Shown here: positions 53,874 through 64,000 of the stretch, in pieces
Layout of the letters: each line of letters begins with the position of its first letter
Numbering within the stretch: position 1 is the first letter of the stretch
Assembly (NCBI GenBank): GCA_020137815.1
Contig: CM035355.1
Span: forward strand, 4,774,001-4,838,000
DNA: 64,000 nucleotides
Reading direction: 5' to 3'
DNA from: Hormiphora californensis
Taxonomy: Eukaryota > Animalia > Ctenophora
Notes under the pieces: model-generated
What the model saw: the letters and a program-made list of their open reading frames with translations, nothing else
Told to the model about the DNA's origin: nothing
Database searches by the model: none
Made by a program: the position numbers and the translations under genes

Positions 53874-56303
53874 TCTCTCACTCTATCACACTCTCTTTCA
53901 CTGTCTTATTCCATTATATTCACCTTTTATATCCCTGATCCCGGCAGCAGGCAAAGGTGTAAGTGGGTCACCTTTCCCGCCAACTAATTTCAATTAGTTT
54001 TTGGCTTAATTTAGGTCCCTTTTTGGCTTCTAATCGCAGCATGACATTATTTCATGATGTAATATTGTCGAAATGATGCGTTATATGAGAAACGAGACGA
54101 ATTTCTGTGAAAATCGTATTTTAGCCGTCATAATGACGTCATTTGACGTAATTAGTGACGTCGTAACGACGTAATTGCATCACGATATATTTTGAATGAA
54201 TACCCCAAAGGAGCTTGTAAAGTTTCATTGACCACAGTGGTCAGGAAAGGGAGTTTTTGCTCGAAAAACGTGCAATTTGCTGAATTTTTCGTCAAATTTT
54301 TGACTTCCGACGCGATTTAAGGGCTCAAAATGATAAGCTACGAAAATTCGCTATATAGTATCTGAAAGTTCAGACGATTTGCCGGTAACGATTTTTCGTC
54401 AAATCAGAAATCGGAACACGTCTTCAGGGTGCTAGAGGCGTTTGAAAAAAGTTAGTCGGTCTCGCGCAATGACGTCACTCGTGACGTCATTGCGCGCGTC
54501 ATAGGTAAGATGGAGAGTCGCCACCCAGATGGGTACATGCACGAGACAATTATCTGTCGAATGCCGCTTGGTTTAAGGTCGTACGATGTCTGGTTCGTCT
54601 CAAACTGGGACCAAACGGATGGTAACAAAGCGTCTATACATGTATGTATGTATGTATATATCAACCTAGTTATCCCCACACTGAATTTTCTGTTTTGGGG
54701 GTTATGTTATAACTTTTGAACAAAAAGAGCTAGCCACTTGAAATTTTAACCATCGATAGATGTCTACAAGAAGCTTCTGAGTACAAAATTTCAGCTTCCT
54801 AGCTCTTCCGGTTCGGGAGTTATGGCATGTCAAAAAGTGCCAAAATGGGCTAAAAGTATGAAATAACTATATATACGCTGTGAGCAAGCGGGCCGTTTTT
54901 GGGGAAAATTTTTTTCGGGGGATGAATGGGGTCACCTTTGCGCTTGCCAGCGCAGTGATGTATCAACCTAGTTATCCCCACACTGAATTTTCTGTTTTGG
55001 GGGTGGTGTTATAACTTTTGAATAAAAAGAGCTAGCCACTTGAAATTTTTACCATCGATAGAGGTCTACAAGAAGCTTCTAAGTACAAAATTTCAGCTTC
55101 CTAGCTCTTTCGGTTCGGGAGTTATGGCATGTCAAAAAGTGCCAAAATGGGCTAAAAGTATGAAATAACTATATATACGCTGTGAGCAAGCGGCCGTTTT
55201 TGGGGGAAATTTTTTTCGGGGGATGGATGGGGTCACCTTTGCGCTTGCCAGCGCAGTGATATATGTATATATATATCAACCTAGTTATCCCCACACTGAA
55301 TTTTCTGTTTTGGGGGTGGTGTTATAACTTTTGAACAAAATGAGCTAGCCACTTGAAATTTTTACCATCGATAGATGTCTACAAGAAGCTTCTGAGTACA
55401 AAATTTCAGCTTCCTAGCTCATCCGGTTCCGGAGTTATGGCGTGTCAAAAAGTGCCAAAATGGGCTAAAAGTATGAAATAACTATATATACGCTGTGAGC
55501 AAGCGGGCTGTTTTTGGGGAAATTTTTTTCGGGGGGTTGGATGGGGCCACCTTTGCGCTTGCCAGCGCAGTGATTTTATAACTTTTTTGCAAAATTTTAC
55601 AGTACGATTGTCAATGCTTTGATCGGTGCTCCCCATAAATTTTGAGAGAAAAAGTTATTTTGAAATTTTTATACTTCCTCACCCGCTTAGGGTGCCCCGA
55701 TTCGGTATGGTATCACGTATCGGTTCGTTTTGAACCCGCTAATTAGACAGGATATCCAGTAAGTTGCACCGATTCGAAATACAAACCGGACGGGCTGGTA
55801 TAACTTAGAAAATTTTTCACATTTTTTTGAAAAAGAATTATTTTTTTAATCAGAAATGATCATGTCATCAATACATGAATATTGCATATAACAGTTAGAG
55901 TTGTCTTTATTCTTAATAATATAGCATTTTGGGCAATAAAATAGGTATTTTGGGTCAAATATGGCTCACCCCGATTTAGTGGACACCCCGATTTAGTGGA
56001 CAAGACCCTTTCCCCCGAGGGTGTCCCTAAATCGGGGTCCGACTGTACAGCCATGTATTCGTGATGTATTCATATCAGCCGAATACAGAATATCATAACT
56101 AATGTGATCTATCCTTTTCAGATCAGCTATCTGACGATGAATTGGACGACAATGTGTCAAGCTTTATCAGCTTTGGAGGACCCTGGGAGTTGTGTACAGA
56201 GAAGAATCAGGGTGGAAAATGTATGAAGGTGGAAGGTGATCACCAACAAAGAGACATGGATGACACACCCCTTGGAGACGATGAAGTGTCATCTATTGCG
56301 TAG
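38141..56303 (+). CDS. Cathepsin-trefoil-beta/gamma-crystallin protein, paralog B; exons 1-12 in 38141-41553, last exon 56122-56303
   Basis: Exon-by-exon similarity to paralog A: [44 protein letters not shown], and last exon [22 protein letters not shown]. Confidence 0.88.
42472..43196. mobile_element. MITE with TIR GGGTAGAAAGGGGTAAAATGGCACAC, TA flanks and internal ggggtaaaatgg subrepeats
   Basis: ta|gggtagaaaggggtaaaatggcacac ... gtgtgccattttacccctttctaccc|ta. Confidence 0.88.
43201..45115. mobile_element. Rearranged copy of the CAAGGTGGGCCAC foldback element (internal duplication, deletion and strand switch)
   Basis: Segments match 48326-49886 but restart at ~43849 and switch orientation at ~44869. 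Confidence 0.75.
45157..48321. mobile_element. Three diverged ~1.07 kb repeat units (mirrored at 51461-54637), each with a TGACGTCA hairpin and a ~75 bp inverted repeat enclosing (GA)n
   Basis: Units start tatagacgctttgttacc, end attagtttttggcttaa, and are separated by TA/TACA runs. Confidence 0.75.
48326..49886. mobile_element. Foldback element with ~750 bp TIRs and TA flanks; inverted twin at 49895-51456
   Basis: ta|caaggtgggccacgg ... ccgtggcccaccttg|ta, with a short spacer at ~49083-49130. Confidence 0.88.
54661..55573. repeat. Three diverged ~300 bp tandem units with a terminal hairpin TGCGCT-tgcc-AGCGCA (Helitron/Helentron-like, uncertain)
   Basis: Units tcaacctagttatcccc ... gcgcttgccagcgcagtga separated by TA runs; the minus strand reads TCACTG..ACTAG. 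Confidence 0.6.
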
Positions 56304-57178
56304 ATCTGCTATTGAAATAGAACTTTGGAAATTAAACTTAAATGAACTCTAATTTTGAATAAATTCGTCATTATAATGTCAATGAATTTTGTGTTCTAAT
56401 GTGTTCAACTCTATTGACATTATGCATGCCAACTAATGAATAGTGAATGACAATTGACCGTCATCATGAGGCCAGGTGTATCCCGTGTTTTCCATTAGGC
56501 TAAATTTGGAGCCTGTGATGACTACGTAATGTAGTGTTTGTGATAAAGGTGGGTTTAAACAATTAATAGTTTTATGAAGGAGCACTACCATAACAACTAT
56601 CTTCTGCTTTTTATTATTTTCATAATATGAGAAGCAAAATATGAACCAGCATTAGCATAAAGTTTATATAATCCCTCTCTCCAAATGTCTATCCTTTTTC
56701 TCTCCTAAAGTAAAAGTGCTGACACGCTAACTAATTTCTCCTTTCCGCACGTGTCACGTGATATCCCACGTGATGGGGGAGTGAGGACACGTGGTAAACT
56801 AACGTAATACTTCACGTGAGTCCTAAAAATTCGTACATTTCTGTTCAAGAGCTACAAGCGTGTTGTGGGTTGTCATTCCCTGTGTATGTGTGTGTATAAA
56901 GCTTGATCTAGAGAGAGGGGTTGTGATAAGATCATTGCCGGCCATCATGATGATCATCGATCTTTGATTTGATACAAACCGGATCATGTTATACGGTGGT
57001 TACAAGAGATGAATCTAATCATCATGATATGTCATCTGTTATTGTTTTCCGATTCTGCAATCTGTCGTGATCACTGATCACTTTTTGTTTCTTGTGGCAT
57101 TATATTGTGACTTCCCCTTGACCAACTTGCTCAAATTGCTAATTTTCTCGTTATCATTAGTGATTTCCTTCCCCAGTA

Positions 57179-60100
57179 ATGGCCCCAATGTTTGGTCCCC
57201 GGAGGATCTTTGTACCCCCAGCTGGTGAGGTACCTCCTCCCCTTCACAGTATGACTCCAGTACCGGCTGGCAGTCCTCCTGGAGCAACCCCAGCTGTAGC
57301 AGCTCCAGGCCCTGACGATGAGCTCCTCCTAGAATCCCTGCTTATCAACGTCGAAGGGTATGTTAATATGTCATTGTTGTTGTAGGGCTAGTTAGTAGTT
57401 AGAGCCAAGTAGCCTTGTCCTCATTGAAAACTGAGTAAAGTGACTGACGACTATAATGTGTATTTTTGTACCTTCTGTACGTTCTCTTTGTAAGATAACA
57501 TATTCTTCATGTGAAGGCGTCACGTCACACATGGGGTTTTGTTGTTTCACTTACAGGCTCAGAATGAAAATTTATACAGCAGTCATGTGATCACGGAGAA
57601 AATACGACCCTAATTAGCACATCAAATGTTTTGTTTTTTTGTAAAACTTTCATAAAGCCTATAAAAAACTTAGTTTCGCTCCGCTGCCTACAGAGCCGCA
57701 CTATTTGAAATTGTTTGCCTCCAACTGAAGTACAGCGAACAGTCGGCTGTCGGACCCCGATTTGGCGATTTACCGGGGTCTGGGATGCTCGTGTAGAGGT
57801 TTTGCCCGGTAAATCGGGGTCCGACTTCAAAACATAGGTCGTAGAAAGACGGGCAAAATCTCCTTAATGTCTTCCTGAAGGCAAATACTGTAGCAGGGGC
57901 AGGCTTTTCAAGAAGTTTGGACACAAAGCAAAATTTTTAAAAAGTTTGCTGAAAAAAAACATGAACAGCGCTTCAGGATTGGCAATCGAGTCAGCACTGT
58001 CTACGCTGCGCGTTTTCTCACAAACGTAACGCGCTAAAGTTTTATCATTCTACGCTGCGAAATTGAATTCAAGTTTCATTCACGAAAAGTTTCACACACA
58101 TTTTAAAATTTGGAACCACGAAAATTCAAAATGTCGTTCGGCGTTCCTTGTCCTTGGCATGCGCTGCAGACCCCAAGTGCGCGCGTTTTCCACGGCTTCT
58201 AACGGCTTTAACAAAGGGCCTGTAGCATAGGCCAATCCTTGTCCGTTAATTTCCCTAGTGGCTTGTAGATAGGAACTAGCTCTGCAGTTTCTTGGCATAT
58301 TGTCACATAGTTTAAGTAAGAGCAGGCACTTTCAATATTGCTCAAAATGGCGTAAACGAAAAGGAAAAATCTGTCAGGATTTTTTGACAGATTCTTGGGA
58401 TTACACTCTATAGCTTTAGTCATTAGTATAAAATTGTAAGGCCAGAGGGTAAATCCACTGAAATGGTAGTCAGGGTACTTCAATACTGCAGTCAGGTACC
58501 GATTTACCGGATCTGACCGTTCCACCTAGCAGCCGGCTAAACCGGTATCCGACTATGTTCAATAAACATTAGTTTATAGTAGTTAAGAGACCCGACTTGT
58601 TTGTAACCGTCTTATAACTTTATGCGGTTATCCACTATCACATAAAAACAGTATCTTTGATCTCAGCATTTCATATTTCTTGAACAGCTCAGTGAGAAAA
58701 CTGTCTCATTTTGTAATCCCACATCATCACCTCTCGGAATACTTATCCACCTGGCCTCCATCCAAATAACATGTCTGAGAGAGCGGTGTATTTATTCTTC
58801 TGTCCTATCCTAACTCTCATCTCTGTTACATAATGCACCGCGTTTTGATTTGGTCTGTAAATGCTATTCATGATGTTTTTACATGTGATATTCAGTTTGT
58901 GTTTTACCATTTGTCAGATGCTTTATGAATGAAGTTTCATTTAGCCCTGCTGTAACTTTTTCTCTAAATCAACATTTTCCTCTTTTGTCTCTATCAAATC
59001 AGCCCAACAGTTGTATTCATACTTTCACTTTCGCGTTTAAGGAATTAGAGGGTCTGTTTTCACGTCCAAATACTTTAACTTATATCCACGTCATTCCCGT
59101 ATATGGTATTGTAAAGAGTCCTTATTTTCAAGTCCCTTCTCTGTCTGTTTAACCCATCCCTTTTCTCCCATTTAGAGGGGGATCAATTGCAGTCAATGAA
59201 ATGAACTTGGAGAGATGGCCCATATTCTCCCTGCTAGACGAGGAGTTCGCTGGCACTATCAAAATGGTAAGAAACTTGTTGCTGGCACTATCAAAATGGT
59301 AAGAAACTTTGTGCAATTCACTACGGGTTTTAGAGTTCTCTCTGGGCTGTAAGGATAAACAAGTCGAGTTTGAAATGTACCTACCTACAAATGATGAATG
59401 GGGTGGGGCAATAATTCGTTTACTCCTTTTAGCTGTTTCAATTAGGCCAAGAGAAGGCGGTGTTTTTATGTCGTGAATCATGCGACTGATATCTAACAAA
59501 TTGATAAATATCCTGTCCAAAGATAAATAGTATTGCATATACGAAATAGTATTGTATAATTGGATATTGAGCACAGGGATAGATAGTTTATTTGGAACTT
59601 AGCCACCAACTCTATATAACTTTTGTTTGAGTATCAATAGTACTGCTGAAGCCATGACACCCCCCCCCCCCCCCCCCCCACCCCCCCCCCCCCCCCGTGC
59701 AGTAGTCATGACAACCCCCCCCCCCCATGTAGTAGTCATGACAACCCCCCCCATGCAGTTGTCATGACAACCCCCTCCCATGGAGCATGTAGTAGTTATG
59801 ACAACCCCCTATGCAGGTATGTGTATTTGGAAACAATGGCAATGAAGCGATTGTAGTTGATCACGATGATGACGTGTACGCTATTGGATCTAACTCCTGC
59901 TGCTGTCTCGGTATGTCATCTCTGTTGTTGTTCTGTTGTTGTTTCTGTTGTTGTTGTTTCTGTTGTTGTTGTTTCTGTTGTTGTTGTTTCTGTTGTTGTT
60001 GTTTCTGTTGTTGTTTCTCGATTTGAGACACAGTGGCGGCGACAGTGTCTGTCTGTGGCGTCGGTTTGTTTGTTGTCAGTTCTGAAAGTGTGATTATGTT

Positions 60101-60232
60101 AACCTCTCCGTATTACCCCAGGATTTGGATACCAGACCAGCACCCTTCTGCCCCGGAAGGTTGATGCTCTGTGCAAGAAGGACATCAAATCGTTTGCGTA
60201 TGGCAGCGGTCCCCACGTTCTTTGCATAACAG
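57179..60232 (+). CDS. RCBTB1: RCC1 and BTB domain protein (RCBTB1/2-like), 5' partial; exons 57179-57357, 59176-59266, 59817-59910, 60122-60232; continues beyond the window
   Basis: MNLERWPIFSLL..VCVFGNNGNEAI..DDDVYAIGSN..CLG..STLLPRKVDALCKKDIKSFAYGSGPHVL parallels the RCBTB1 N-terminus. Confidence 0.88.
59650..59816. repeat. C-rich minisatellite reiterating the RCBTB exon 3 acceptor context (cccc.atgcag)
   Basis: Units atgYagtagtcatgacaacccccc lead into ccctatgcag|gta. Confidence 0.75.
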
Positions 60233-60562
60233 GTAAATTTTTAGACTGTACACAATCCTGTACAATTTACACTAGATTGATGTTGGCCCCCACTTTCAGT
60301 CCGGGCAGTTGTCCTCTCCTCAACTTAACACAAGTTGATAAAGTCCTGTTAAATCAACATGAATCATTAATTACATAATTTGAATCCATAAAAGTGCCAG
60401 GAGCTTGAATACAAAGGAGTACAAGTTATTTTGTCTACACAAAAAGTTAATCATAAAATTAGATCAATTTAAAAAATTCATTTCTTTTCAAAAGAAATTA
60501 GTCCGTGAAAATCACACTAAAAACACTCAAATGATTTTATTGTTTCTGAACACTGAGAGTCA

Positions 60563-61916
60563 TTAAAATGAACTAAGATGTCCGCTGACCCGTCTTCCAT
60601 TCTCACTCAGAAGTCCTGCTTCCTCTTCCTCCTCTTCACTCTTAGTCTCATTCCTCAGCAGCATAGCGAGGAGACAGGATACTAGACTTGTCGACACGAT
60701 ACTAACCAACAGGGGTGTCCAGAAGGGAATGAGGCCCATATAAAGCGCAGAGAGGATCGCACCGACTCCTTGGGATGTATAGAGTACCCCGTACTTTAAA
60801 CCCAGACCGTGGTCCCCAAAATACCGGGCTGTCGCAGCGGGGAAGACAGCGTAGTTTCCACTTACACAGAAGAAGGAGGCCCACGTGGTGAGTGTGTAGG
60901 GTATGGAGGCGTCGTGTTCCGTGAAGCCACACAAGAAGGAGAGAATGATTGAGAGGGATGTGAAGAATGAGATGAGGGCTAGCGACCATCGGACACCGAG
61001 TTTATCCTGGACAAACCCCCAGAATGGTCGTCCCAGGCTGTTGAATACCCCCGCTACACCCAGCACCAGAGAGAGAAACATGTCGGCATCAAGGAACGTC
61101 TCACCATAGATCTTGGCATAGGATGAAACGTAGGCAATTGGGATTTTGTTAAGTGCGAAGATAGCAAAGAGAACGTAGAACTCATAACGTTTCAGCATCT
61201 CTTGGACGCCCCACTTCCCTCCGTAACTCTCGACAACAGGTCTCTTGACGAGGAATGTAGCCAGGGGGAGCTGTATAAATGCAGACACAACTGCGAATAT
61301 TGTGAACATTTGGGGTACTGCGGACAGGATCTCAGGGTCTGTGAACAGGAATTCTCCAACCGAAGGGTTGAACACGGGAGGTTGGTTCAGCGGGTTTATG
61401 AAGAGCGTTTGAAGAGGGCTTACGAGTGCTGAGGACAGACCAAAAGCTGCAAAGATCAGCCCAGAAGCAAGTCCATGGTTATCCTTTTCGACCCAAGATA
61501 ATCCAACCACCAGACAGATCACTTTGGTGAATCCAAGGGAGAATCCAGCTAGAAGATAATTGAGGGCAAGGAAGGTCACCGACCCGAGAGCTCCACCTAA
61601 ACAAAATGAGGCTTATGTTAAAGAGAGTCACCGCAAACAGTGCCAAGGTTCTGGTACCCCATTTCCTCTCTGCAAGTCCACCAATGATCATGGAGACACC
61701 TTGTCCTAGAAGTAGCGCCGCGTAGATCAGTCCCAGGTCTGCCTTGGATGCCCCGTGGTGCTGTTCCCCTCCAATGCTGTGTAGATAGGAGAGGAGGTAG
61801 GGTGAGATGGCAGAAAACCCAAACACAAGACCACCGGGAGGGATGAGGATCAGCGAGCAGGATAGGAGGGTGAGGGCAAATCGTAGAGGGGTGATCTCTC
61901 CTCGGCTCTTTATCAT
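60563..61916 (-). CDS. MFS transporter (oxalate:formate antiporter/MCT-like) nested antisense in an RCBTB intron; one frame break near 61595
   Basis: GGLAERKWGTR (motif A), GLASGLIFAAFG, FNSLGRPFWGFVQDKLG, GNYAVFPAATARYFG; two overlapping ORFs together give ~12 TMs. Confidence 0.85.
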
Positions 61917-62571
61917 ATTGTGTTCTTCTATTGGGGAGGTGTGGTTTAGTTTATGGCTGGCAAACCGCAAAACAATATAGAGTTTAAGAAAGCATCCCTA
62001 TGGATCAAATGAACCGAACGTGGGAGTTATAAGAGCTTTTCATAAATAGCCCTCATCACTTCACGGCGATTGGGTATGGAAATAGCTATGGAAAATGTAA
62101 CAAAATGAAGGAAGGTTTATTATGATATGTAGTAGAATGATAGTCTATAACTGAAGAGGATAAAACAAAACGGGAAGCACACGCTGTGCCACGTTGTCTA
62201 TAACTAATGCGAGTTTTCCAGCGAAATAAAATAAAAGGGAAGTTATTTAGCAACTTGGTCCAATCATCAGAATGAATCTGAGAACTGATCGATGCCTTCT
62301 TTTAAGCAGTGCAGGGTGTGAGCCCTGAAAGAGTAGAATTACCAGCAACTAACGTAGAAATGACGCCATTATCATAGTGCACGTTCTTACCAATCTAAAT
62401 TATAAACAACAAAATATAACAACACACTGATGACGAAGATTGATGCATCATTTGGAGTACGTTAAACGTTAGTGTGACGTTACTAGCTTAGTCATTTTCG
62501 CAGTACTGACAGTCTGAAAGGTCACAATTTGCAGCTGATCGTTGATGTAAGCAGTTGTACTTGTTTCGTCA

Positions 62572-62792
62572 CTAGGATTAAATATCACTCGTCGACAAAA
62601 CAACTTAGTATTTCACCGCATCACACACTTCAAATAACAAATACTGGCCTGGAGTATATTGTGCAACAAGTCTTTAAAAAAGCTAGGGTTAAATATCACT
62701 CGTTGACAAAACAAAGTATTCCTCTGTATCACACCTCAAAAAACAAATACTGGCCTGGAGTTTAGACTATTGTGCAACAAACCTTTAAAAAG
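62572..62792. repeat. Two diverged tandem ~112 bp units
   Basis: ctaggRttaaatatcactcgtYgacaaaacaa..aacaaatactggcctggagt..tattgtgcaacaa occurs twice. Confidence 0.75.
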
Positions 62793-63931
62793 CTCACAGT
62801 CATATGTGAAATGGAAGTCTAAACGGGGGGGGGGGGGGGGGGGCCATTATATTCACACCTGTTCATAATGCTATATCTAGAAAGTAGAAACAAAAGGGCA
62901 TGAACAAAAGAGGCAGAAATGGAGACAGATGTTTTTAACGTGGAAGTGGTGCGGCACAAGGCCATGATATGTTTTGTTCAAACCCGGCACCCGCGAAAGG
63001 AAGTAGAACTAGGCAAGCCATGAGATTGCATACAAGACACTAGTGATGAATATACTGCTACAGCCCCACAATATCATTTACATATTTACTTATAATCGGG
63101 AATTCTGACTAAGCTAAAGAGTTGACCAACTTTGTGGGAAAATGAGCCATGTCTACGTGGGTAGTATCATAATACTAGGAAAGTCGTTGGGCGTTGTGTC
63201 ATGCGTGTTTAAGACAGGACATGGGTTACTAAAGATAAGATGCTTATCAAGCTAGAATGAGACCAGGAGAAATGTGAACACATCTCGAAACGTGGCCTCC
63301 CAATTTTGAGATATATCTACAACAGCTCCAACATCTCTCAGCTGCAAAACAAAAAAGATCCATTGATAGACAGTACAATCTATCTTTTGCTCTCTTTAGT
63401 CAAAGTAACAATCTCTCTTTTGCTCTCTGTATAGGCAAAGTGACGATCTAGCATCAAAGTACCATTATAGACAACACAGTGTCAGAGTGTTACACTAACG
63501 GAGCGCTGTCTATAGTTTAAAGTAGTACACCAAGTGTGTTAAAAATCTGAACACATTAGAGAGGGCTGCAGCTGATTTGTATTGTTCATACTATTATGCA
63601 ACAGCACAACAGCTGATAGAAAGTTTATAATGTGGCGGTATGTGATGTAGTATTGGACGGCTTACAGATGAGGGGTGAAGAAGGAGAGATGTGGTGGTTA
63701 CTAGAGTGAGCTGGTATATGGATGTTAGAACATGAGAATTGAGACAGCAAGATGAAACAACTCCGACCACTATATTCTCTTTTGAGTTGAGAAAGATGAG
63801 CGGTCAGGCATACGACAGCAGCAGTAGGTCAAATTATATGACTCTCTCACCATCTAGCTGTCTCATCCTACTCCCCTCCATCATTCTTTCTCTGTCTGTC
63901 TCTCTGTCTTTCTCTCTCTGTCTTTCTCTCT

Positions 63932-63987
<56 letters not shown>

Positions 63988-64000
63988 TTTTTCACTATCT

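Larger units (their letters stand above)
45129..54665. repeat. ~9.5 kb spacer-less palindrome centred on 49890/49891
   Basis: Centre reads ..gtggcccaccttgtata|tatacaaggtgggccac..; mirrored ORFs and repeat units extend out to gttgatatatac (45129) and gtatatatcaac (54665). Confidence 0.92.
42095..56045. mobile_element. CAGTCGGACCCCG-family MITE split by ~13 kb of nested insertions (left part 42095-42468, right part ~55574-56045)
   Basis: Matching TIRs with TA flanks at both ends. The internal sequence stops at ..ggtatacctt and resumes at ..ataacttttttgcaaaattttacag, which are nearly contiguous in the 8996-9605 copy. Confidence 0.88.

Noticed and set aside
54661-55573. Regular repeats as a possible CRISPR array
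   Set aside because: Units are ~300 bp without unique spacers, there are no cas genes, and the context is eukaryotic. The same applies to the intronic minisatellites.
57970-58243. Possible Helentron-like element (aggattggc / gccaatcct plus ggcct..aggcc hairpin; related end at ~37303)
   Set aside because: Only short motifs support it, and boundaries cannot be fixed from this window.
59920-60015. Poly-Cys / poly-Val ORFs
   Set aside because: Intronic (GTT)n-type microsatellite following the RCBTB exon 3 donor.

Overview
Compact, intron-containing eukaryotic (animal) DNA. I infer a ctenophore from three signs: a ctenophore-type WDLESTP..WTI.K..CNG..DTA..YR domain, many antisense genes nested in introns, and unpaired splice acceptors just before start codons. 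Genes assembled by hand: PACRG(-); a tight + strand cluster LicD-TMEM186-NDUFS5-PDAP1; three tandem divergent class A GPCRs nested antisense in PDAP1 intron 1; INTS4(-) hosting a pentraxin gene; TOP3B(-) hosting a secreted ctenophore-domain/Sushi gene; two paralogous 13-exon genes encoding signal peptide + I29 prodomain + papain (C1A) protease + trefoil + beta/gamma-crystallin domains; and the 5' part of RCBTB hosting an MFS transporter. The first protease gene hosts a carbohydrate sulfotransferase. The second has a 14.6 kb last intron filled with nested MITEs and a ~9.5 kb palindrome. Best candidates for novelty are the cathepsin-trefoil-crystallin fusion, operon-like trans-spliced clusters (including TMEM186 next to NDUFS5) and minisatellites seeded from splice sites. 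Exon boundaries are manual and no database search was run.
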